Shown one piece after another: positions 59,722-64,000 of a stretch of 64,000 nucleotides of DNA. Positions within the stretch are counted from its first letter, which is position 1. Each line of letters begins with the position of its first letter. A model generated the notes under the pieces. It did not search any database, was not told the DNA's origin, and saw only the letters and a program-made list of their open reading frames with translations. This stretch comes from a bacterium (GTDB lineage Bacteria; Patescibacteriota; Minisyncoccia; Phycocordibacterales; UBA2100), in NCBI GenBank assembly GCA_016789445.1, contig JAEUQT010000003.1, positions 82,600 to 146,599 of the forward strand, written 5' to 3'. The translations under genes were made by a program, and so were the position numbers.

Positions 59722-60342
59722 ATGCATCGGCTGTTCCTGCTGGCGCTTATCGTCAGCACACTTTCAGTAACCCCTGCGCAGAGTGTGAATCTTCACCGCA
59801 AGCATGGTCCGGGTTGGGATTGTTCCTACATCACGACGGGAACACCCTACAAGGAAGCATGCCTCGCGTGCGAAGCACAGGGCAAGCAATTCGACCAACG
59901 AGGAGATGGCGGCATCTGCGTCGGCGGAGGTACTCCGAATTTCCCATCGCCCCGCGATGCGGATTACGGAAAGCGGGAGAGTCCCCGCCAACCGCAGTAC
60001 TCGAGTCCGCAACGGCAAACCACGAAAAAAAGACTCTGGGGTGCGATAGCGGGATCAGTCGATCGCCAAACAAACGGCGGCGTCAGATACTCGATTGCTT
60101 CCTCGTTAAACTACAACTCGGAATCTGAAGCTTCTGCAGCAGCACTACAAGGCTGCCGGAGCAAAGGCGGCAAGAACTGCGAAGTCTCTACGTTCAACAA
60201 CGGTTGCGCGTACATCGCCGGCGGCACTTCCAATACGGGTGCCGGGTATGGTGGTTCCAGCACTCGTGCAGCAGCAATATCCAAGTGCCAAAGCCAAGGA
60301 CTTTCGTGCAGCGATGTAGTCGGTGGCTGTGTAAACCAGTGA
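59722..60342 (+). CDS. secreted protein with C-terminal DUF4189-like domain
   Basis: Signal peptide and a Cys-rich N-part. WGAIAGS...ASAAALQGCRSKGGKNCEV...NGCAYIA...AAAISKCQSQGLSC pattern. Confidence 0.6.
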   Translation: MHRLFLLALIVSTLSVTPAQSVNLHRKHGPGWDCSYITTGTPYKEACLACEAQGKQFDQRGDGGICVGGGTPNFPSPRDADYGKRESPRQPQYSSPQRQTTKKRLWGAIAGSVDRQTNGGVRYSIASSLNYNSESEASAAALQGCRSKGGKNCEVSTFNNGCAYIAGGTSNTGAGYGGSSTRAAAISKCQSQGLSCSDVVGGCVNQ

Positions 60343-60348
60343 CAGAGG

Positions 60349-60381
60349 CCCCGCGGAACTATTCCGCGGGGTTTTTATTTT
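60349..60381 (+). terminator. intrinsic terminator
   Basis: CCCCGCGGAA-CTA-TTCCGCGGGG followed by TTTTTATTTT. Confidence 0.75.
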
Positions 60382-60522
60382 GAAAACCCCTTGGGCATCG
60401 GAGCGGTGTATTTGACGCGCCATGCGAAGGCGGAGCGCTACGGCAGGACCACATTCTGGACACCGATCGACTACGTCGTTGATTTCGATTCCGAAGAAGA
60501 GGTCGAGATTATCGAGGAATGA

Positions 60523-60558
60523 GCGGCCGGAAGCGAAAGCTTCCGGCCGCTTCTTTTT
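60523..60558 (+). terminator. intrinsic terminator
   Basis: GCGGCCGGAAGC-GAAA-GCTTCCGGCCGC followed by TTCTTTTT. Confidence 0.75.
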
Positions 60559-60631
60559 CGCGGGTTTGACATATGGTGTGGAAATGTTTTAATCCATCCG
60601 GACTGAGAACCTTAACTGGAAAGGCACAACG

Positions 60632-61597
60632 ATGGAAAATCAGAAGTCATCTCGATGGCTGACGACGTTCCTCATCCTCATGGCGAAGTCCAAATACATC
60701 GCCGTCGCCGCGAAGACGGTCAAGATGATGAAGGTCGCGAAGCCGTTGGTGACGGTGATAACGGTACTCCTCTCCGTACTCGCGTACGGCTGGGCGTATG
60801 GCTCGTGGTATTTCGCCGCGGGTCTCGTCATCATGATCCTGATCCACGAGTTCGGGCATGTCATCGCGATCCGACAGCAGGGTCTGCCGCCGGCACCGAT
60901 GGTCTTCATCCCCTTCTTGGGCGCGGCGATCTTCGTCCCGCCCCTGAAGACGCGACACACCGAAGCGGTCGTCGGCATCGGCGGCCCCCTCTTGGGGACC
61001 GCGGGAGCCGTCGCCGCGTTCGCGCTCTGGGCGATTCTCCCGGGCGAAAACCCGATGCTGCTTTTGACGAGCTACGTCGGCATGGTGCTGAATCTGTTCA
61101 ATATGATCCCCCTCAGTCCGTTGGATGGAGGAAGGATCACGCAGATCTGCGGACCATGGTTCAAAGCGGTGGGCTTTATCGCTCTCTTCGCGTTCACCCT
61201 GATGGCGGCGCAGCCTGCGCTGCTTCTCATCTGGATCCTGGTCTTGGATGGATTCGATCGCATGCCCGGGCATACACGCCCGATCATCGCTTCGATCCTT
61301 CTCGTGACCATGAGCGGACTGATGCTCGCCGGATTCGGCCACCAGCCGTGGTGGCTGGACTGCATCGATATCGTGCTTGCTCTTTCGTTCACCGCCGGAT
61401 TCTACTTCCGTGCGCGAAACCCCGGGCTGTTCACGCCTCAGACCTATGAGGATGAACGCACGATAACGTCGCAGGACAGAACGCGATGGGCTGCGGCATG
61501 GATCGCCTTGGTGATCTTCCTCAGCGGCATGATGGCGGTTCAGATACCGTTCATGCCGAAGGAGATCAAGCAATCGATCGAAGCCAGTGAGCAGTGA
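60632..61597 (+). CDS. site-2 protease-family (M50) membrane metalloprotease
   Basis: HEFGHVIA (HExxH) in a TM helix, and NLFNMIPLSPLDGGRI (the NxxPxxxLDG motif). Confidence 0.85.
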   Translation: MENQKSSRWLTTFLILMAKSKYIAVAAKTVKMMKVAKPLVTVITVLLSVLAYGWAYGSWYFAAGLVIMILIHEFGHVIAIRQQGLPPAPMVFIPFLGAAIFVPPLKTRHTEAVVGIGGPLLGTAGAVAAFALWAILPGENPMLLLTSYVGMVLNLFNMIPLSPLDGGRITQICGPWFKAVGFIALFAFTLMAAQPALLLIWILVLDGFDRMPGHTRPIIASILLVTMSGLMLAGFGHQPWWLDCIDIVLALSFTAGFYFRARNPGLFTPQTYEDERTITSQDRTRWAAAWIALVIFLSGMMAVQIPFMPKEIKQSIEASEQ

Positions 61598-61637
61598 CTC
61601 CATGAAGCCCCGGATTCAACCCCGGGGCTTCTTCTTT

Positions 61638-62321
61638 TTATCCAAACACTGCGGGCGGCGGCGCTTCGAACATCAGGCGCACCCCGGATGGCAACGTGAG
61701 TGCAATCGAATGCGCATGCAGCATGACGCGATCGAATCCATGCGTCGGCATTCCGGCGCCGTAGATACTGTCTCCCACGATCGGGTGGCCGATGTGCGCG
61801 AAGTGCACACGCAGCTGATGCGTGCGTCCGGTACGCGGCATGGCTTCGATGAGCGTCATGCCGTCACGCACTTCAAGTGATTTCCAATCCGTAATCGCCG
61901 CTCGCTTCGAATCAGGCGGGCACTCCTTCGCAAACCACTTTTTAGGATTCCCTCCTTTATCTATCTCTGCACTGATGCGTCCCTCGCCCTCGAGTTTTCC
62001 GTGCACCAGCGCGAGATACTTCTTCTCGACCCTGCGCGCCCTGAATTCAGCCCGCAGGTATTCCCACGCCTCCTCTGTCTTCGCAACGATCATAACCCCC
62101 GAAGTAGTCCGATCCAATCGATGTACAATTCCCGGCCGCGGGATCGATTCGCCCTGCGGCGAGAGCCACGGCTCGCCCACGTCTTTGAGCTGCGGCCATC
62201 GTTCAAGCAACCAATCGACGAGCGTCGGCTCGTCGGTGCGCCCATCGGAATGAACGATCAGGCCCGCCGGTTTATCCAGCGCGATCAGCAATTCATTCTC
62301 CTCGATGATGCGCGGTTCCAT
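61638..62321 (-). CDS. RluA-family pseudouridine synthase
   Basis: HRLDRTTSGVMIVAK catalytic motif and the later GRTHQLRVH motif. No S4 domain. Confidence 0.9.
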   Translation of the reverse strand: MEPRIIEENELLIALDKPAGLIVHSDGRTDEPTLVDWLLERWPQLKDVGEPWLSPQGESIPRPGIVHRLDRTTSGVMIVAKTEEAWEYLRAEFRARRVEKKYLALVHGKLEGEGRISAEIDKGGNPKKWFAKECPPDSKRAAITDWKSLEVRDGMTLIEAMPRTGRTHQLRVHFAHIGHPIVGDSIYGAGMPTHGFDRVMLHAHSIALTLPSGVRLMFEAPPPAVFG

Positions 62322-62420
62322 GACCTGAGCATATACAAAGATGCCGTCGAACGCGATGCGAGGCGTTCTTGACGCTCAACCAGGAGAGGCGCATCATTGT
62401 GCCCAGAAAGGCAGGTGCCC

Positions 62421-62696
62421 ATGGATACGATCATGCTGTTCGCGATACTTGCGCCGGACGAGACCCCGGACGAAGCGGTTCCTCTGTGCGTGTATTCAGA
62501 AGTGCTCTGGAATTGGATACCGAAGGAGAGGACGCTGACCTGGATTCCGGAAATCCGTGAGTTCGTACGGGTCGCATCGCTTCGCTATCCGCGAGGAGAC
62601 TACGGCCCCGAAGCCCCGTTGGCGGAAATCGAATTCTTCGTGACCGCCGCTCAGATACGGGAACTCGCGACGATCGAGAACTGGGAAATAGGCTGA
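62421..62696 (+). CDS. hypothetical protein (91 aa from MDTIML)
   Basis: ORF track; own terminator. Confidence 0.45.
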   Translation: MDTIMLFAILAPDETPDEAVPLCVYSEVLWNWIPKERTLTWIPEIREFVRVASLRYPRGDYGPEAPLAEIEFFVTAAQIRELATIENWEIG

Positions 62697-62698
62697 AT

Positions 62699-62730
62699 GC
62701 CCGCCGGTGCAAACCGGCGGGCGATTTTTC
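62699..62730 (+). terminator. intrinsic terminator
   Basis: GCCCGCCGGT-GCAA-ACCGGCGGGC followed by GATTTTTC. Confidence 0.7.
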
Positions 62731-62732
62731 GT

Positions 62733-62762
62733 AAAAAACAAGGCCGCAGCAAGCTGCGGCCT
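62733..62762 (-). terminator. intrinsic terminator
   Basis: AGGCCGCAG-CAAG-CTGCGGCCT with TGTTTTTT on the minus strand. Confidence 0.7.
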
Positions 62763-62786
62763 TTCGAGCATAGAAACGTGTTGACG

Positions 62787-62948
62787 CTAGTCTTCGTCCC
62801 TCCGCCGACGCTGTTGGCTGGCGTGATGTACGGCATAGCCGTCATCATCGTCATCTGAACGGACCTTGATGCACGGTAGCATCACCGGCTCATCCATTCC
62901 CTGTTGCATCTGCGGTGCCGAAAGATCAGACTTCCCTTCATGCTGCAT
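62787..62948 (-). CDS. small charged protein (53 aa), below the ORF-track cutoff
   Basis: GGGAGGAATTC-ATG Shine-Dalgarno context. Hand translation: MQHEGKSDLSAPQMQQGMDEPVMLPCIKVRSDDDDDGYAVHHASQQRRRRDED. A terminator lies 25 nt downstream. Confidence 0.5.
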   Translation of the reverse strand: MQHEGKSDLSAPQMQQGMDEPVMLPCIKVRSDDDDDGYAVHHASQQRRRRDED

Positions 62949-63052
62949 GAATTCCTCCCTGAATGCAGCCTCACGTCAAACGCCACGAGCATACTCTGCC
63001 CGTCCGAGCCCGTCAATCAAGCTATCCCCGGTGCATGAATCCTGCATGAGCA

Positions 63053-63080
63053 CAAAAAAGGCGGGCCCTACGGGCCCGCC
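63053..63080 (-). terminator. intrinsic terminator
   Basis: GGCGGGCCC-TAC-GGGCCCGCC with TTTTTT on the minus strand. Overlaps the stop of the upstream gene. Confidence 0.75.
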
Positions 63081-63364
63081 ATGGTTATCATCCTCCACAC
63101 CTGGATCACGCTCTCCGTAACGCCGATGTTGTACGCCAACACCAGACTGATGACGGTCGCGAAGAATCCCGCGGCCAGACCCTGCATCGGATCATTGGTC
63201 ACGAAGGCGATGAGGAAACCGAGTGCGTAGAGGTTGAACGCCACCAGCGCCAGCTGACCATTGATGGTCTCCAGACATCCGGCTTCGATCTTCGGCATGT
63301 CGACGTAGACAAGGATCGCCGCAGCGAACATCGCCGAGACGATCACGCGTGAGTAACTTGCCAT
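63068..63364 (-). CDS. hypothetical membrane protein (98 aa from MASYSR)
   Basis: GGAGGG Shine-Dalgarno sequence immediately upstream of the ATG at 63364; 3 hydrophobic helices. Confidence 0.55.
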   Translation of the reverse strand: MASYSRVIVSAMFAAAILVYVDMPKIEAGCLETINGQLALVAFNLYALGFLIAFVTNDPMQGLAAGFFATVISLVLAYNIGVTESVIQVWRMITMAGP

Positions 63365-63421
63365 TACACCCTCCAAAAGAACGAGACGGCCATTCTGCCT
63401 GCCCCGAAGGCCTGCGTCAAA

Positions 63422-64000
63422 CTACTTCCCGTCCTTGATCGCATTGAGTATCTTTTTCACTTCCTCCATCTTCGCGTCATCGATGACCGAAATCGCGATC
63501 ACGTTTGTGTTCTTTTTCTTGAGCTTCTTCAGCTGATCCTTGAGATCCGCTTCGGAGACCATGTCCATCTTCGAGAGGAAGAGCTGCTCCGGCTTATCCA
63601 GAAGCTCGGGATTGAACGCTTCGAGTTCTTTGCGGACGATGTCGTAGTCGCGCACCACATCATCGCTCTCCGCGGATACGAGATGGAAGATGCTCTTGGT
63701 GCGCTCGATGTGGCGGAGGAACTTGTCTCCCAACCCTTTTCCTTCCGAAGCGCCTTCGATAAGCCCCGGCACGTCGGCAAGAATCAAACCGTAGTAGGCA
63801 CCGAGGTGCGGCTCGAGCGTGGTGAACGCGTAATTGCCGATCTTCGAGTGCGCGCCGGTGAGTGCATTGAGGAGCGATGATTTCCCCGCATTCGGCAAGC
63901 CGATGAGTCCCACATCCGCGATCATCTTCAATTCCAAGCGGAATTCGAAGCTCTCGCCGGGCTTTCCTTCCTCCATGTTCATCGGCGTGGTGTTCGTCGA
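63422..64000 (-). CDS. obg: GTPase Obg/CgtA, C-terminal part (gene continues past window end)
   Basis: G1 motif GLPNAGKSSLL, then TTLEP and DVPGLIEGA motifs. The reading frame stays open to the window edge. Confidence 0.9.
   Translation of the reverse strand, partial: STNTTPMNMEEGKPGESFEFRLELKMIADVGLIGLPNAGKSSLLNALTGAHSKIGNYAFTTLEPHLGAYYGLILADVPGLIEGASEGKGLGDKFLRHIERTKSIFHLVSAESDDVVRDYDIVRKELEAFNPELLDKPEQLFLSKMDMVSEADLKDQLKKLKKKNTNVIAISVIDDAKMEEVKKILNAIKDGK

Overview
This is a 64-kb, gene-dense, fairly GC-rich bacterial chromosome segment. It contains no rRNA, so taxonomy cannot be fixed. Most genes are on the minus strand, and many small membrane or secreted hypothetical genes each carry their own GC-rich hairpin plus T-run terminator. 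Backbone genes recognised from the translations: ddl (5' fragment), uvrC, uvrA, murB, uvrB, tyrS, msrA, lysS, a Fur-family regulator with a ZIP transporter, msrB, an M29 aminopeptidase, an AI-2E permease, a GH18 hydrolase, a DgkA-like kinase, a PAP2 phosphatase, an MFS pump, a TMEM175-like channel, purB, a cyclophilin, trhO, mgtC, an ECF sigma / sensor kinase cluster, an M50 protease, an RluA-family synthase and obg (3' part). Accessory content falls into three groups. (i) A 2,043-bp IS1595-family element (565-2607) has 24-bp inverted repeats and an 8-bp target duplication, and sits exactly on the uvrC stop codon. Besides the transposase it carries two coupled mini-ORFs, about 480 nt of hairpin-rich non-coding DNA, and a class II tRNA whose anticodon loop reads UGU. 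(ii) A mosaic accessory/defence island (about 36.9-51.1 kb) holds a ParB-like protein, a homing-endonuclease-repeat-only protein, an orphan receiver, a small membrane ORF split by one in-frame TAG, an SRA/YDG-like reader with a vestigial HNH, a DUF4258-like protein and a YafQ/DinJ toxin-antitoxin pair. It also holds a low-GC type I R-M operon (hsdM-S-R) preceded by a 61-aa membrane mini-ORF, and an NYN-domain gene that shares a 35-nt leader with the R-M operon. (iii) Several intergenic regions contain promoter/terminator-delimited small transcripts of unknown function (upstream of tyrS, at 28.2-28.7 kb, and at 50.4 kb). All functional calls come from reading the translated ORFs and motifs; no database search was run. 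Hand-counted hairpin and repeat coordinates may be off by 1-2 nt.
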